The notes below the pieces were generated by a model. The model made no database searches. It was given only the letters and a program-made list of their open reading frames with translations, and had not been told where the DNA came from. From sequence record MK962750: a DNA stretch of 64,000 nt. One strand, 5' to 3'. The position numbers were made by a program, and so were the translations under genes. This stretch comes from Shigella phage CM8. Below are positions 47,445 through 58,385 of the stretch, one piece after another (positions within the stretch are counted from its first letter, which is position 1; every line of letters begins with the position of its first letter).

Positions 47445-47675
47445 ATGTTACTAGAATTTAAACAATTTCTTTATGAAGCTTCTATTGATGAATTTATGGG
47501 TAAAATTGCCTCTTGTCAAACATTAGAAGGTTTAGAAGAACTTGAAGCTTATTATAAGAAAAGAGTTAAAGAAACTGAATTAAAAGATACTGATGACATC
47601 TCTGTGAGAGATGCTTTGGCAGGAAAAAGAGCTGAATTAGAAGATTCAGACGATGAAGTAGAAGAAAGCTTTTAA
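47445..47675 (+). CDS. uvsW.1: UvsW.1
   Basis: 76 aa from ATG (MLLEFKQFLYEA...) with GGAGA RBS; ORF track start 47433 is TTG; acidic C-terminus. Confidence 0.8.
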   Translation: MLLEFKQFLYEASIDEFMGKIASCQTLEGLEELEAYYKKRVKETELKDTDDISVRDALAGKRAELEDSDDEVEESF

Positions 47676-47730
47676 ATTAAAAAAGGCCCAACCAAAAAGG
47701 AAGGGCCAAAACTATAGACTAAAGGTCACA

Positions 47731-47898
47731 CTATAGCAAAAGTTGCGTTTCATTTAATTGTTCTTCCGAACTTTCTGAAACTGGTAGTTCTTTAATGTAA
47801 TTATAGCAAGGCCCAGGATGTACAGGACCTTTGTCTGTTTCAACAACCAATGCAGAATCGATTGGAGTTTTACAGACAACACAAATCTTATCTGACAT
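47731..47898 (-). CDS. small Cys-rich protein (55 aa), uvsY.-2-like by position
   Basis: Read from sequence: MSDKICVVCKTPIDSALVVETDKGPVHPGPCYNYIKELPVSESSEEQLNETQLLL (CxxC ... HPGPC); below ORF-track cutoff; coordinates anchored on the overlapping plus ORF frame, may be off by 1. Confidence 0.4.
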   Translation of the reverse strand: MSDKICVVCKTPIDSALVVETDKGPVHPGPCYNYIKELPVSESSEEQLNETQLLL

Positions 47899-47926
47899 GA
47901 TTGTCTCCTCTGAATTATATATCTAT

Positions 47927-48151
47927 TTATACAACTCTCATATGCATATCAATGCCCATATCTTTAGAATAAAAATATTCATCAAGATATCCGGCAAATT
48001 TTCCTTTAATATAAAGAACATCTTCACCGCATGGGTGGTCGGCCAGGATACGAATATCCTGACGCTTAAGATTATACTTTTTCATTAAGAATTGAATTTC
48101 CGTTTCAAATTCTTCTTCATAATTAAAAGCATCATCAATGCTATATCTCAT
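47927..48151 (-). CDS. uvsY.-1-like protein
   Basis: 74 aa directly downstream of uvsY with overlapping stop/start. Confidence 0.65.
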   Translation of the reverse strand: MRYSIDDAFNYEEEFETEIQFLMKKYNLKRQDIRILADHPCGEDVLYIKGKFAGYLDEYFYSKDMGIDMHMRVV

Positions 48152-48564
48152 TATTTTCCAGCCTCAAATGCTCGCATGTCTTGAATATGCTTAATAGCAA
48201 ATCCACGTGATTTAATAGCATCAAGAGCTCCGCTACAGAAATCTAATAAAATCCCCCAATACTGTAACGAGGTATCAACTTTTAAAACATCCTTATCAGC
48301 TGATAGAACTGTCTTCATTTCTGATTTCTCGTAACGATCCATACTAAATTCATCACCATCTCCTCGTCCCGAGTAGTAGTCTAATTTAGCTTTAAGAGCA
48401 ACTTTTTTCTGTGCTTCAATTCTAAGCATTTCCTTTTTAATACTTGAATGCTTATTAAGCCATTTACTATATAACATCACATTATTAGCTGCTTCATACT
48501 GTAATTTAGTCGAATCTATAAACACATCTTTCTTCAATTCTTCTTGAAGATCTTCTAATCTCAT
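48151..48564 (-). CDS. uvsY: UvsY recombination mediator
   Basis: 137 aa, N-terminus MRLEDLQEELKKDVFIDSTKLQYEAANN; size and position match T4 UvsY. Confidence 0.92.
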   Translation of the reverse strand: MRLEDLQEELKKDVFIDSTKLQYEAANNVMLYSKWLNKHSSIKKEMLRIEAQKKVALKAKLDYYSGRGDGDEFSMDRYEKSEMKTVLSADKDVLKVDTSLQYWGILLDFCSGALDAIKSRGFAIKHIQDMRAFEAGK

Positions 48565-48630
48565 ATTGTTCTCTATTCAATTGTTATTGGATGGACTTAG
48601 ATTCATTATACCACGTTTATACGTGAAGCA

Positions 48631-49029
48631 TTATACTCTATTACTGGAAGCCAGTTGTAGTTTTATCTGCTCAATATCATCAGGGTTATCGATGACTGAA
48701 AAGCGTATTTCTACTATCAAAGTATAATCATCATAAACCGGTATTACATTAACTGCTAATTTATCAATACGTGGCTCATAGTTTCTTACTGCGCTTTCGA
48801 TATTGCGCTCAACTGTGTCAGCAGTAAGAGGAGTCATATTTTCAAAAAGCTGGTCTGATAAATCACAACCAAATTCAGGGTCAAACGGTCTTGAACCTTT
48901 TCTTGTTGTAATAATTCCCAAAAGACTGTTTTTAATTGACCTTAATCCAAGCGATCTGGAAACATCTTTGTTCCAATCCATTTTCATTTCTGGGTCAATG
49001 TCAGAATAAAGCTTATTAATATTTGCCAT
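48631..49029 (-). CDS. 25: gp25 baseplate wedge protein (lysozyme-fold, gpW-like)
   Basis: 132 aa; synteny 25-26 divergent from 51. Confidence 0.9.
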   Translation of the reverse strand: MANINKLYSDIDPEMKMDWNKDVSRSLGLRSIKNSLLGIITTRKGSRPFDPEFGCDLSDQLFENMTPLTADTVERNIESAVRNYEPRIDKLAVNVIPVYDDYTLIVEIRFSVIDNPDDIEQIKLQLASSNRV

Positions 49030-49655
49030 TATAGTAACTCAAAGAACTCTTTGAGGCCTCTTATTACATGAGCATGGGTTTTTCCACACTCTGGACACTT
49101 AATTGGAACAGCCAAATAAACGGTAGGTTTTAAAAGCATATCTTTTATAGCTACAATATCTGACTCTGTGATGATAGAATATAAATCTTCTAGTTCCTTT
49201 TCATTTAAGTCTTCAACTGGAATGCTTTCCCCGTTAGCATGAATCGTTTCTATGCATGATACTATCATGTGGGCTATATTTTTATCATCAAAAATTTTAG
49301 GGTAATGGAATTTAATTTTAATGTCACCCAGTGTATACCAGAGGTCTTCTGGTGCATCTATTTGTGTATGTAATAGATTTATATGGGTTGGTATTTCAGT
49401 TCCACAGGTGCACTTCCAGGAGTTTTCGTGATTAACTTCTCCAAGAGAATGTGCCCATAAATGAATCAACAATAGTTCTGATTCTTGGCGGTTTAAATCT
49501 TTTGCATTTGTGCAGTCTTTGATTAGCTTTTTAACAATCTCTTCTACTGAACCATTCTTTTTAGCAGTAATAAGTTCTAGATATTCTTTAAGAGTAAATG
49601 CGCGACAGTTGATTATTTTAGAACCAACTCTCACATCAAATTTGTATTCATACAT
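49029..49655 (-). CDS. 26: gp26 baseplate hub protein
   Basis: 208 aa; minus-strand TATAAATA upstream. Confidence 0.85.
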   Translation of the reverse strand: MYEYKFDVRVGSKIINCRAFTLKEYLELITAKKNGSVEEIVKKLIKDCTNAKDLNRQESELLLIHLWAHSLGEVNHENSWKCTCGTEIPTHINLLHTQIDAPEDLWYTLGDIKIKFHYPKIFDDKNIAHMIVSCIETIHANGESIPVEDLNEKELEDLYSIITESDIVAIKDMLLKPTVYLAVPIKCPECGKTHAHVIRGLKEFFELL

Positions 49656-49676
49656 ATTTAGCTCCTTTATTTATCA

Positions 49677-49688
49677 TATTTATAAATA
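49677..49688. promoter_or_regulatory. overlapping divergent late promoters (gene 26 on minus, gene 51 on plus)
   Basis: tatttataaata reads TATAAATA on both strands. Confidence 0.65.
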
Positions 49689-49705
49689 GAATAAAAGGAG
49701 CATCT

Positions 49706-50458
49706 ATGGCAAACATTATTCGTTGTAAATTACCAGATGGTGTTCATCGTTTTAAACCATTTACGGTAGAAGATTATCGAGATTTTTTGTTAGTTCGAAA
49801 CGATATAGAACATCGGTCACCACAAGAACAAAAAGAAATAATTACTGATTTAATTGATGATTATTTTGGAGACTATCCGAAGACTTGGCAACCATTTATA
49901 TTTTTGCAGGTATTTGTAGGTTCAATAGGTAAAACTAAAGTACCGGTCACATTTGTATGTCCAAAATGCAAAAAAGAAAAGACAGTTCCATTTGAAATAT
50001 ATCAAAAAGAATTAAAGGAACCTGTTTTTGATGTAGCTAATGTTAAAATTAAATTAAAGTTTCCTTCTGAGTTTTATGAAAATAAAGCAAAGATGATTAC
50101 TGAAAATATTCATTCCGTTCAAGTAGATGAAATGTGGTATGATTGGAAGGAAATTAGCGAATCGAGTCAAATAGAACTTGTTGATGCCATCGAGATAGAA
50201 ACATTAGAAAAAATTCTCGATGCAATGAATCCTATTAATTTAACACTGCATATGTCGTGTTGTAATAAGTATGTAAAAAAATACACTGATATAGTAGATG
50301 TGTTTAAGCTATTAGTTAATCCAGATGAGATATTTACTTTTTATCAAATTAATCACACACTTGTAAAAAGTAATTATAGCTTAAATTCAATAATGAAAAT
50401 GATTCCTGCTGAGCGCGGATTCGTATTAAAACTGATTGAGAAGGATAAACAACAATGA
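49706..50458 (+). CDS. 51: gp51 baseplate hub assembly catalyst
   Basis: 250 aa; TATAAATA upstream; synteny. Confidence 0.85.
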   Translation: MANIIRCKLPDGVHRFKPFTVEDYRDFLLVRNDIEHRSPQEQKEIITDLIDDYFGDYPKTWQPFIFLQVFVGSIGKTKVPVTFVCPKCKKEKTVPFEIYQKELKEPVFDVANVKIKLKFPSEFYENKAKMITENIHSVQVDEMWYDWKEISESSQIELVDAIEIETLEKILDAMNPINLTLHMSCCNKYVKKYTDIVDVFKLLVNPDEIFTFYQINHTLVKSNYSLNSIMKMIPAERGFVLKLIEKDKQQ

Positions 50459-51627
50459 GTATGTTGCAACGCCCCGGATATCCAAATCTCAGCGTTAAAT
50501 TATTTGAGAGTTATGACGCTTGGAGTAATAATAGATTTGTTGAATTAGCTGCTACTATTACCACATTAACTATGCGGGATTCTCTTTATGGTCGAAATGA
50601 AGGAATGCTGCAGTTTTATGATTCTAAAAATATCCATACAAAAATGGATGGAAATGAAATAATTCAGATTTCTGTAGCTAATGCAAACGATATTAATAAT
50701 GTTAAAACACGAATTTATGGATGTAAGCATTTTTCCGTGTCAGTAGATTCAAAAGGTGATAACATCATTGCTATTGAATTGGGAACTATTCATTCTATAG
50801 AAAATCTTAAATTTGGTAGACCATTTTTCCCTGATGCAGGTGAATCTATAAAAGAAATGCTTGGTGTCATTTATCAGGATCGCACATTATTAACTCCAGC
50901 AATAAATGCTATAAATGCTTATGTTCCTGATATTCCATGGACTAGCACATTTGAAAACTATTTGTCATATGTAAGAGAAGTTGCTCTAGCTGTAGGAAGC
51001 GACAAATTTGTATTTGTATGGCAAGACATCATGGGAGTTAACATGATGGACTATGATATGATGATAAATCAAGAACCGTATCCAATGATTGTCGGTGAGC
51101 CAACTTTAATAGGTCAATTCATCCAAGAATTAAAATATCCATTGGCATATGATTTTGTTTGGTTGACTAAATCAAACCCGCATAAACGTGATCCAATGAA
51201 AAATGCTACTATCTATGCTCATTCGTTTTTAGATTCTTCACTGCCAATGATTACTACAGGAAAGGGTGAAAACTCTATTGTAGTGTCAAGGTCAGGTGCT
51301 TATTCTGAAATGACTTATAGGAATGGCTATGAAGAAGCTATTCGTCTTCAAACTATGGCGCAATATGATGGCTATGCTAAATGTTCTACTGTCGGTAATT
51401 TTAACTTGACTCCTGGTGTTAAAATTATTTTTAATGATAGTAAAAACCAATTTAAAACAGAATTTTACGTTGATGAAGTTATCCATGAATTATCAAATAA
51501 TAATTCAGTAACTCATCTATATATGTTCACTAATGCAACGAAACTGGAAACAATAGACCCAGTTAAGGTTAAAAATGAATTTAAATCTGATACTACCACT
51601 GAAGAAAGTAGTTCTTCCAATAAGTAA
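50455..51627 (+). CDS. 27: gp27 baseplate hub protein
   Basis: 390 aa; synteny. Confidence 0.9.
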   Translation: MSMLQRPGYPNLSVKLFESYDAWSNNRFVELAATITTLTMRDSLYGRNEGMLQFYDSKNIHTKMDGNEIIQISVANANDINNVKTRIYGCKHFSVSVDSKGDNIIAIELGTIHSIENLKFGRPFFPDAGESIKEMLGVIYQDRTLLTPAINAINAYVPDIPWTSTFENYLSYVREVALAVGSDKFVFVWQDIMGVNMMDYDMMINQEPYPMIVGEPTLIGQFIQELKYPLAYDFVWLTKSNPHKRDPMKNATIYAHSFLDSSLPMITTGKGENSIVVSRSGAYSEMTYRNGYEEAIRLQTMAQYDGYAKCSTVGNFNLTPGVKIIFNDSKNQFKTEFYVDEVIHELSNNNSVTHLYMFTNATKLETIDPVKVKNEFKSDTTTEESSSSNK

Positions 51628-52108
51628 TAAAGAAGTTTCTATTCCTAAGATGGGTCTTAAACATTATAACATTTTAAAAGATGTTAAAGGTCCTGATGAA
51701 AATTTAAAACTTCTTATTGATTCTATTTGTCCGAATTTATCACCGGCAGAAGTTGATTTCGTTTCTATTCATTTATTGGAATTTAATGGAAAGATTAAAT
51801 CTCGTAAAGAAATAGATGGTTATACTTATGATATTAATGACGTTTATGTATGTCAAAGATTGGAATTTCAATACCAAGGAAATACATTTTATTTTAGACC
51901 TCCTGGAAAATTTGAACAATTTTTAACTGTAAGCGATATGTTATCCAAATGCTTGCTTAAGGTCAATGATGAAGTTAAAGAAATTAATTTTCTTGAGATG
52001 CCAGCATTTGTTTTAAAATGGGCAAATGATATTTCTACAACTTTAGCAATTCCTGGCCCTAATGGTCCAATAACCGGAATTGGCAATATTATTGGATTAT
52101 TTGAATGA
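51575..52108 (+). CDS. 28: gp28 baseplate hub distal subunit
   Basis: 177 aa; synteny; start overlaps gp27 end (start choice uncertain). Confidence 0.8.
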   Translation: MNLNLILPLKKVVLPISNKEVSIPKMGLKHYNILKDVKGPDENLKLLIDSICPNLSPAEVDFVSIHLLEFNGKIKSRKEIDGYTYDINDVYVCQRLEFQYQGNTFYFRPPGKFEQFLTVSDMLSKCLLKVNDEVKEINFLEMPAFVLKWANDISTTLAIPGPNGPITGIGNIIGLFE

Positions 52109-53877
52109 AAAAGCCACAAGAAATGCAAACGATGCGTAGAAAAGTTATTTCAGATAATAAACCAACACAGGAAGCGGCTAAATCCGCTTCTAATACTTTA
52201 TCTGGTCTTAATGACATTTCTACAAAATTAGATGATGCTCAAGCTGCCTCTGAATTAATAGCTCAGACTGTTGAAGAAAAATCAAATGAAATAGTTGGAG
52301 CAATTGATAACGTTGAAAGCGCAGTAAGTGATACTACTGCCGGTTCTGAGTTAATTGCCGAGACTGTTGAAATTGGCAATAATATCAATAAAGAAATAGG
52401 CGAATCACTCGGAAGCAAATTAGATAAATTAACGAGTTTATTAGAACAAAAAATTCAAACAGCTGGAATTCAACAGACTGGAACGAGTTTAGCAGTAGTC
52501 GAAAATGCTATTCCTGTTAAAGTCGTCGAGGATGATACAGCTGAATCTGTGGGTCCTTTATTACCGGCTCCTGAAGCAGTTAATAATGATCCTGATGCTG
52601 ATTTTTTCCCTACTCCTCAGCCAATTGAACCAAAACAAGAGTCTCCAGAAGAGAAGCAAAAAAGAGACGCATTTAACTTAAAATTATCTCAAGCTTTAGA
52701 TAAATTAACAAAGACAGTTGATTTCGGATTTAAGAAATCTATTTCAATTACTGATAAAATATCTAGCATGCTATTTAAGTATACCGTCAGTGCTGCTATT
52801 GAAGCTGCTAAAATGGTTGCATTGATAATGGCTGTTGTTATTGGAATAGACCTGCTGATGGTTCATTTTAAATACTGGTCAGATAAATTTTCAAAAGCCT
52901 GGGATTTATTTAGCACTGATTTTAAAACTTTCTCAAGCGAAACAGGAACTTGGGGCCCTTTATTACAAAGCATCTTTGAATCTATTGATGAAATTAAAAA
53001 GTTCTGGGAAGCTGGAGATTGGGGCGGATTAACAGTAGCTATTGTTGAAGGGCTTGGAAGTGTTCTTTATAATTTAGGAGAGCTTATTCAATTAGGTATG
53101 GCTAAATTATCTGCAGCAATTCTTCGAGTCATTCCTGGCATGAAGGATACTGCTGATGAAGTAGAAGGAAGAGCATTAGAAAATTTCCAAAATTCTACTG
53201 GAGCATCTCTTAATAAAGAAGACCAAGAAAAAGTAGCAAATTATCAAGATAAACGAATGAATGATGATCTTGGCCCAATAGCAAAAGGATTAGACAAAAT
53301 TGCGAACTGGAAAACTCGTGCATCTAACTGGATTCGTGGTGTAGATAATAAAGAAGCATTGACTACTGACGAAGAACGTGCAGCAGAAGAAGAAAAATTA
53401 AAACAACTTTCACCGGAAGAAAGAAAAAATGCTTTAATGAAAGCTAATGAAGCTCGTGCTGCGATGATTCGTTTTGAAAAATACGCTGATTCAGCTGATA
53501 TGAGCAAAGACTCGACAGTTAAATCAATTGAAGCTGCTCATGAAGACCTTAAAAAACGAATGAATGATCCGGATTTAAATAATTCACCAGCAGTTAAAAA
53601 AGAACTTGCTTCTAGATTTGCTAAAATTGATGCCACTTATCAAGAGCTTAAGAAAAATCAACCTGAGGCCAAACCTGAAACTTCTGCTAAATCACCAGAA
53701 GCAAAACAGGTCCAGGTGATTGAAAAGAACAAAGCACAACAAGCTCCTGTTCAACAAGCATCTCCTTCAATCAATAATACTAATAATGTTATTAAGAAAA
53801 ATACTGTCGTTCATAATATGACACCTGTCACAAGCACAACTGCTCCTGGTGTATTTGGTGCGACGGGAGTTAATTAA
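52105..53877 (+). CDS. 29: gp29 tail length tape-measure / baseplate hub protein
   Basis: 590 aa, helical, Ala/Glu/Lys-rich. Confidence 0.9.
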   Translation: MKKPQEMQTMRRKVISDNKPTQEAAKSASNTLSGLNDISTKLDDAQAASELIAQTVEEKSNEIVGAIDNVESAVSDTTAGSELIAETVEIGNNINKEIGESLGSKLDKLTSLLEQKIQTAGIQQTGTSLAVVENAIPVKVVEDDTAESVGPLLPAPEAVNNDPDADFFPTPQPIEPKQESPEEKQKRDAFNLKLSQALDKLTKTVDFGFKKSISITDKISSMLFKYTVSAAIEAAKMVALIMAVVIGIDLLMVHFKYWSDKFSKAWDLFSTDFKTFSSETGTWGPLLQSIFESIDEIKKFWEAGDWGGLTVAIVEGLGSVLYNLGELIQLGMAKLSAAILRVIPGMKDTADEVEGRALENFQNSTGASLNKEDQEKVANYQDKRMNDDLGPIAKGLDKIANWKTRASNWIRGVDNKEALTTDEERAAEEEKLKQLSPEERKNALMKANEARAAMIRFEKYADSADMSKDSTVKSIEAAHEDLKKRMNDPDLNNSPAVKKELASRFAKIDATYQELKKNQPEAKPETSAKSPEAKQVQVIEKNKAQQAPVQQASPSINNTNNVIKKNTVVHNMTPVTSTTAPGVFGATGVN

Positions 53878-53885
53878 GGAATAAT

Positions 53886-54980
53886 ATGGCAATTGTTAAA
53901 GAAATAACTGCTGATTTAATTAAAAAGTCCGGTGAGAAAATTTCAGCCGGACAGAGTACTAAATCAGAAGTAGGAACTAAAACATACACAGCCCAGTTTC
54001 CAACTGGGCGTGCTAGTGGTAATGACACTACAGGGGACTTCCAGGTAACAGATCTATATAAGAATGGATTATTATTTACTGCATACAATATGTCATCTAG
54101 GGATTCTGGAAGTCTTAGAACGATGAGATCTAACTACTCTTCTTCATCTTCGAGTATTTTACGTACAGCCAGAAACACTATCAGTAATACAGTATCAAAA
54201 CTATCAAATGGACTAATATCAGATAATAATTCAGGAACAATAAGTAAAGTTCCTGTTGCAAATATTCTTTTACCTAGATCTAAATCTGACGTCGATACGT
54301 CATCACATAGATTTAATGATGTTCAAGATAGTCTTATTACAAAAGGTGGAGGTACTGCTACTGGTGTGCTAAGTAATATTGCTTCAACCGCAGTATTTGG
54401 GGCATTGGAAAGTATAACACAAGGTATAATGGCTGATAATAATGAACAGATTTATACGACAGCCAGAAGTATGTATGGTGGTGCCGAAAATAGAACTAAA
54501 GTGTTCACTTGGGATTTGACTCCGCGCTCAACAGAAGATTTAATGGCTATTATTAATATCTATCAGTATTTTAACTATTTTTCTTACGGTGAAACTGGTA
54601 AATCTCAATATGCTGCTGAAATAAAAGGATATCTAGATGAGTGGTACCGTTCTACTTTTATTGAGCCGTTAACTCCAGAAGATGCAGTTAAAAATAAGAC
54701 GTTATTTGAGAAAATGACATCGAGTTTAACTAACGTTCTAGTAGTTTCAAACCCGACAGTTTGGATGGTGAAAAACTTTGGTGCAACATCTAAGTTTGAT
54801 GGAAAAACGGAAATATTTGGTCCATGCCAAATACAGAGCATCAGATTTGATAAAACACCTAATGGTAACTTTAACGGATTAGCTATTGCTCCAAACCTCC
54901 CTAGTACATTTACTCTCGAGATTACTATGAGAGAAATTATCACGTTAAACCGTGCTTCTTTATATGCGGGGACTTTTTAA
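53886..54980 (+). CDS. 48: gp48 baseplate tail-tube junction protein
   Basis: 364 aa; synteny. Confidence 0.9.
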   Translation: MAIVKEITADLIKKSGEKISAGQSTKSEVGTKTYTAQFPTGRASGNDTTGDFQVTDLYKNGLLFTAYNMSSRDSGSLRTMRSNYSSSSSSILRTARNTISNTVSKLSNGLISDNNSGTISKVPVANILLPRSKSDVDTSSHRFNDVQDSLITKGGGTATGVLSNIASTAVFGALESITQGIMADNNEQIYTTARSMYGGAENRTKVFTWDLTPRSTEDLMAIINIYQYFNYFSYGETGKSQYAAEIKGYLDEWYRSTFIEPLTPEDAVKNKTLFEKMTSSLTNVLVVSNPTVWMVKNFGATSKFDGKTEIFGPCQIQSIRFDKTPNGNFNGLAIAPNLPSTFTLEITMREIITLNRASLYAGTF

Positions 54981-55945
54981 TGTATTCTTTAGAGGAATTT
55001 AATAATCAAGCAATAAACGCAGATTTCCAACGTAATAATATGTTCAGCTGTGTTTTTGCTACAACTCCATCAACTAAAAGCTCTTCGTTGATAAGTTCAA
55101 TTAGCAACTTTTCTTATAATAACTTGGGCCTAAATTCAGATTGGTTAGGATTGACTCAAGGTGATATTAATCAGGGAATTACCACGCTAATTACTGCTGG
55201 CACACAAAAACTGATAAGAAAATCAGGGGTTAGTAAATATCTTATTGGTGCCATGAGTCAACGTACAGTTCAAAGTTTATTAGGCTCATTTACAGTTGGT
55301 ACATATTTAATTGACTTCTTTAACATGGCATATAACTCATCTGGATTGATGATATATTCTGTAAAAATGCCAGAGAACAGATTATCCTATGAAACTGACT
55401 GGAACTATAATTCTCCTAATATTCGTATAACTGGGAGAGAATTAGACCCTTTGGTTATTTCATTTAGAATGGATTCAGAAGCTTGTAACTATCGTGCAAT
55501 GCAAGACTGGGTTAACGCTGTTCAAGACCCAGTAACTGGATTACGTGCTTTGCCGCAAGATGTCGAGGCAGATATTCAGGTTAATCTTCATTCTCGCAAT
55601 GGATTACCTCACACTGCGGTGATGTTCACCGGATGCATTCCAGTGTCAGTGAGCGCTCCTGAGTTATCATATGATGGAGATAACCAAATAACTACATTTG
55701 ATGTTACTTTTGCGTACAGAGTGATGCAGGCTGGAGCAGTTGATAGGCAAGCTGCGCTTGAATGGCTTGAATCTGCTGCTATAAATGGTATTCAAAGCGT
55801 TCTCGGAAATAGTGGAGGTGTTACTGGACTATCTAATTCGCTTTCACGACTTAGTAGATTAGGGGGAACTGCAGGAAGCATTTCAAATATTAATACTATG
55901 ACAGGAATTGTCAATTCGCAGAGTAAAATATTAGGAGCAATATAA
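54980..55945 (+). CDS. 54: gp54 baseplate tail-tube initiator
   Basis: 321 aa; synteny; hairpin terminator downstream. Confidence 0.9.
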   Translation: MYSLEEFNNQAINADFQRNNMFSCVFATTPSTKSSSLISSISNFSYNNLGLNSDWLGLTQGDINQGITTLITAGTQKLIRKSGVSKYLIGAMSQRTVQSLLGSFTVGTYLIDFFNMAYNSSGLMIYSVKMPENRLSYETDWNYNSPNIRITGRELDPLVISFRMDSEACNYRAMQDWVNAVQDPVTGLRALPQDVEADIQVNLHSRNGLPHTAVMFTGCIPVSVSAPELSYDGDNQITTFDVTFAYRVMQAGAVDRQAALEWLESAAINGIQSVLGNSGGVTGLSNSLSRLSRLGGTAGSISNINTMTGIVNSQSKILGAI

Positions 55946-55948
55946 CAA

Positions 55949-55968
55949 TGGGGACCTTTCGGTCCCCA
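55949..55968. terminator. bidirectional hairpin terminator between gene 54 and the minus-strand alt block
   Basis: tggggacc-tttc-ggtcccca followed by T-run. Confidence 0.7.
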
Positions 55969-55973
55969 TATTT

Positions 55974-56264
55974 TTATTTACGGAATGAAATGAAAGCAGA
56001 AACTGAAGCAACTAAACTGTCTTCAATATAAACTTCAATTTTTACCGGAGCTTCTGACTCAAATTTACCTGTTACTACACCTTGGAAAATACTTTCAGTC
56101 TGTTCTGGTTTTGAAAAATTTTCAGAAGGAAAAATTCCGAACTTTTTATCTGTTCCAAAAATTTTAATAAATTCATCGTAAACTGCTTCATTAAAAGCAT
56201 TATCAGCAGGAATAACGCCTTCAACGACGAGCTCTTGGCCTAAAAAGCGTAAAGAAGATTTCAT
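55974..56264 (-). CDS. hypothetical protein (96 aa), alt.-3-like by position
   Basis: Small ORF between gp54 and the Alt paralogs. Confidence 0.55.
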   Translation of the reverse strand: MKSSLRFLGQELVVEGVIPADNAFNEAVYDEFIKIFGTDKKFGIFPSENFSKPEQTESIFQGVVTGKFESEAPVKIEVYIEDSLVASVSAFISFRK

Positions 56265-56324
56265 TTTGTGTTCCTCATGTTATGTCAGTAAGACTACTAT
56301 AACACAACACGAGGGACTTGTAAA

Positions 56325-58382
56325 CTACATTTTGAACTTTTTAGACATTCCGTTGATGTTAACCAAAGAAGCTAATATTTGAGAAACTTCGTTTTCCTCT
56401 TCTTTTGATTCTTCTACAAGGAATTGATTAAATCCAGCCATTGGACGAACTTCACCAGTTTCCATTAAATGGTCGCCATCATATACTGATTCTTCTAATT
56501 GGTCAGAAGGAGGAACGATTGTACCTTCGATTAGATACTTGTTATAAGCAGTTTCTTTCATAAAGTACGTACTTACTTTATTAATCTTTAGTAAAATTCC
56601 GCGCGGTAGAATAACTTCAGCTTCTGATGGAAATCCTGATAAATGACCCGGAACGATAACTTTGATTCGCTCAGCTCCTTTAATTACCATACCCACGCTA
56701 GTTTCAGCATCTTCATTAGCATATGTAGAATGACTACCCATATGCATCAAATCTTCTGCATCAACGGAACCTTCTCCTTCACCAGAAAATACTGCGCCGG
56801 AATCATCTAGAGCCATATAGTTTTTACCATGCTCACCGAAGATATTTGGTTTAAGCGATGTCGATACGAAGTTCTTGAAATAGAACATTTTGTTTTCAAT
56901 GTTATGACGCAAAGTTTTAAAGGTAACTTCTTGCCCACGATAAAGAGTAGTTCCTGGAGGAAGAACTGAACCTTTAGCAAATGCAGAATCCAACGTCTCG
57001 ATGTGTTTAATAGCTCGTTCCATATATTCTTCACGGGTAGAATCAGGTTTACCTAAAAGGAACGAGTTCATTTCAACATATGAATCTGCACAATAATCTT
57101 CAATTACATCAGACTCAGCCTGAGTCAGTCCTTTTGGAGTTACTTCAGTGCTTGCGTATTCATATGCCTGAGCAGCAGATTCATTAATCAATTTATAAAT
57201 GCCATTCATGACAAATTGAATAATAGCTGTCTTTTCATCTGGTGTAGCTTTAGAACCTTTAACTAAATCATTGATAATTTTCTTAATAACATCAAAGCTA
57301 TTAGAAATATTAATGTCAGCAAGATCGCTTAAAATTTTATCAGTTTTATAATCAAAAAATTCTTTATTCTTTAAATATTCTTGAGAACCTTGATATGTTA
57401 TATCGCTCTGCAGCTTGATAGATGGATCGCGTAAACGTGCATGGGCTAATGCAATATGATTTCGGAAACTTTCTAGTTCATAATCGTTAGATTTAAAACG
57501 AGAAGCACTCCTCATACCACCGATAGCTCCTTTGCTGAAGTTTGAACCAATCTGAATAACGCCAGAGTTCATTGGTCCTTCTGCTTTATATACCGGAACT
57601 TTAGATTCAAACTCTTGATATTTCTTGGCAGCGAAGCTATCACCCTGGAGTGAAGCATCAACAGTAGAATATTGAGCTTGTGCTGCTAATCGACGACTAA
57701 TTTTAGTTTTCTGAATAACAGCTTGATCAGTGCGCTTATCATTTTCTAAAGCAATAGAAGCAGCAACAGCGACAGCTTTAGGAACAGCATTACCTGTTTT
57801 AACGTCTACATAAACATCACCAACCTTTGATTCAACTTTTGTGAATAACTCAGTTGAAATAGGAGGTACACCTGGAATGTCTTCTAAATTGGCATTTTTA
57901 CGGTAAACCATAATATATGCATACTTTTTATCATAGTCCCAGATTTCCTTTAAAAGAACATATCGACCTGCTCCTTTAGTACGTACTAAACGGTCAGCAA
58001 TAACTTGCATTTGACGAGCTGCGCCATTTGTTTTACTTTTTAGTACGCGGAATAGGCATGCGTCAATTTTATACTGTTTCATTGTTTGAAGAGCAGTATC
58101 AAAAACAGCATTAATGACGCCAATTGGATTTCCACCCAAGTTTCTAAGCTTGACTAACGATAATTTCTCGTTGACACCTATCATTACGATATGCATCATT
58201 TTATCGCCTGGTTTAACGTTTTTATTCGTATCACCACCAGAGGTGTATGTACAAAATCTAAATCCAGGAAGCACGCTTTCTTCGCCGGCTTGAATAGCAA
58301 AAATTTGTGGTATTTTATGCTTAGGATTTAAGTTAACAACCGGCGCCGAAGCGCCGTCAAATAATTCTGTAATAAGTTCCAT
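56325..58382 (-). CDS. Alt-like ADP-ribosyltransferase, paralog A (685 aa)
   Basis: N-terminal region shared with paralog B (MELITELFD..., KIDAC..RQ.QVIADRL, GRYVLLKE.WDYDKKYAY); C-terminal R-S-E type motifs (YRGQEV, FVSTSLKP, EAEVILPRG). Confidence 0.8.
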   Translation of the reverse strand: MELITELFDGASAPVVNLNPKHKIPQIFAIQAGEESVLPGFRFCTYTSGGDTNKNVKPGDKMMHIVMIGVNEKLSLVKLRNLGGNPIGVINAVFDTALQTMKQYKIDACLFRVLKSKTNGAARQMQVIADRLVRTKGAGRYVLLKEIWDYDKKYAYIMVYRKNANLEDIPGVPPISTELFTKVESKVGDVYVDVKTGNAVPKAVAVAASIALENDKRTDQAVIQKTKISRRLAAQAQYSTVDASLQGDSFAAKKYQEFESKVPVYKAEGPMNSGVIQIGSNFSKGAIGGMRSASRFKSNDYELESFRNHIALAHARLRDPSIKLQSDITYQGSQEYLKNKEFFDYKTDKILSDLADINISNSFDVIKKIINDLVKGSKATPDEKTAIIQFVMNGIYKLINESAAQAYEYASTEVTPKGLTQAESDVIEDYCADSYVEMNSFLLGKPDSTREEYMERAIKHIETLDSAFAKGSVLPPGTTLYRGQEVTFKTLRHNIENKMFYFKNFVSTSLKPNIFGEHGKNYMALDDSGAVFSGEGEGSVDAEDLMHMGSHSTYANEDAETSVGMVIKGAERIKVIVPGHLSGFPSEAEVILPRGILLKINKVSTYFMKETAYNKYLIEGTIVPPSDQLEESVYDGDHLMETGEVRPMAGFNQFLVEESKEEENEVSQILASLVNINGMSKKFKM

Positions 58383-58385
58383 GAT

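Noticed and set aside
47681-47710. Possible terminator after uvsW.1 (ggccc ... gggcc)
   Set aside because: Only a 5-bp stem with a 13-nt loop; too weak to call.
47831-48088. Plus-strand 85-aa ORF
   Set aside because: TTG start, antisense to the uvsY.-1 and uvsY.-2-like genes; low-complexity peptide.
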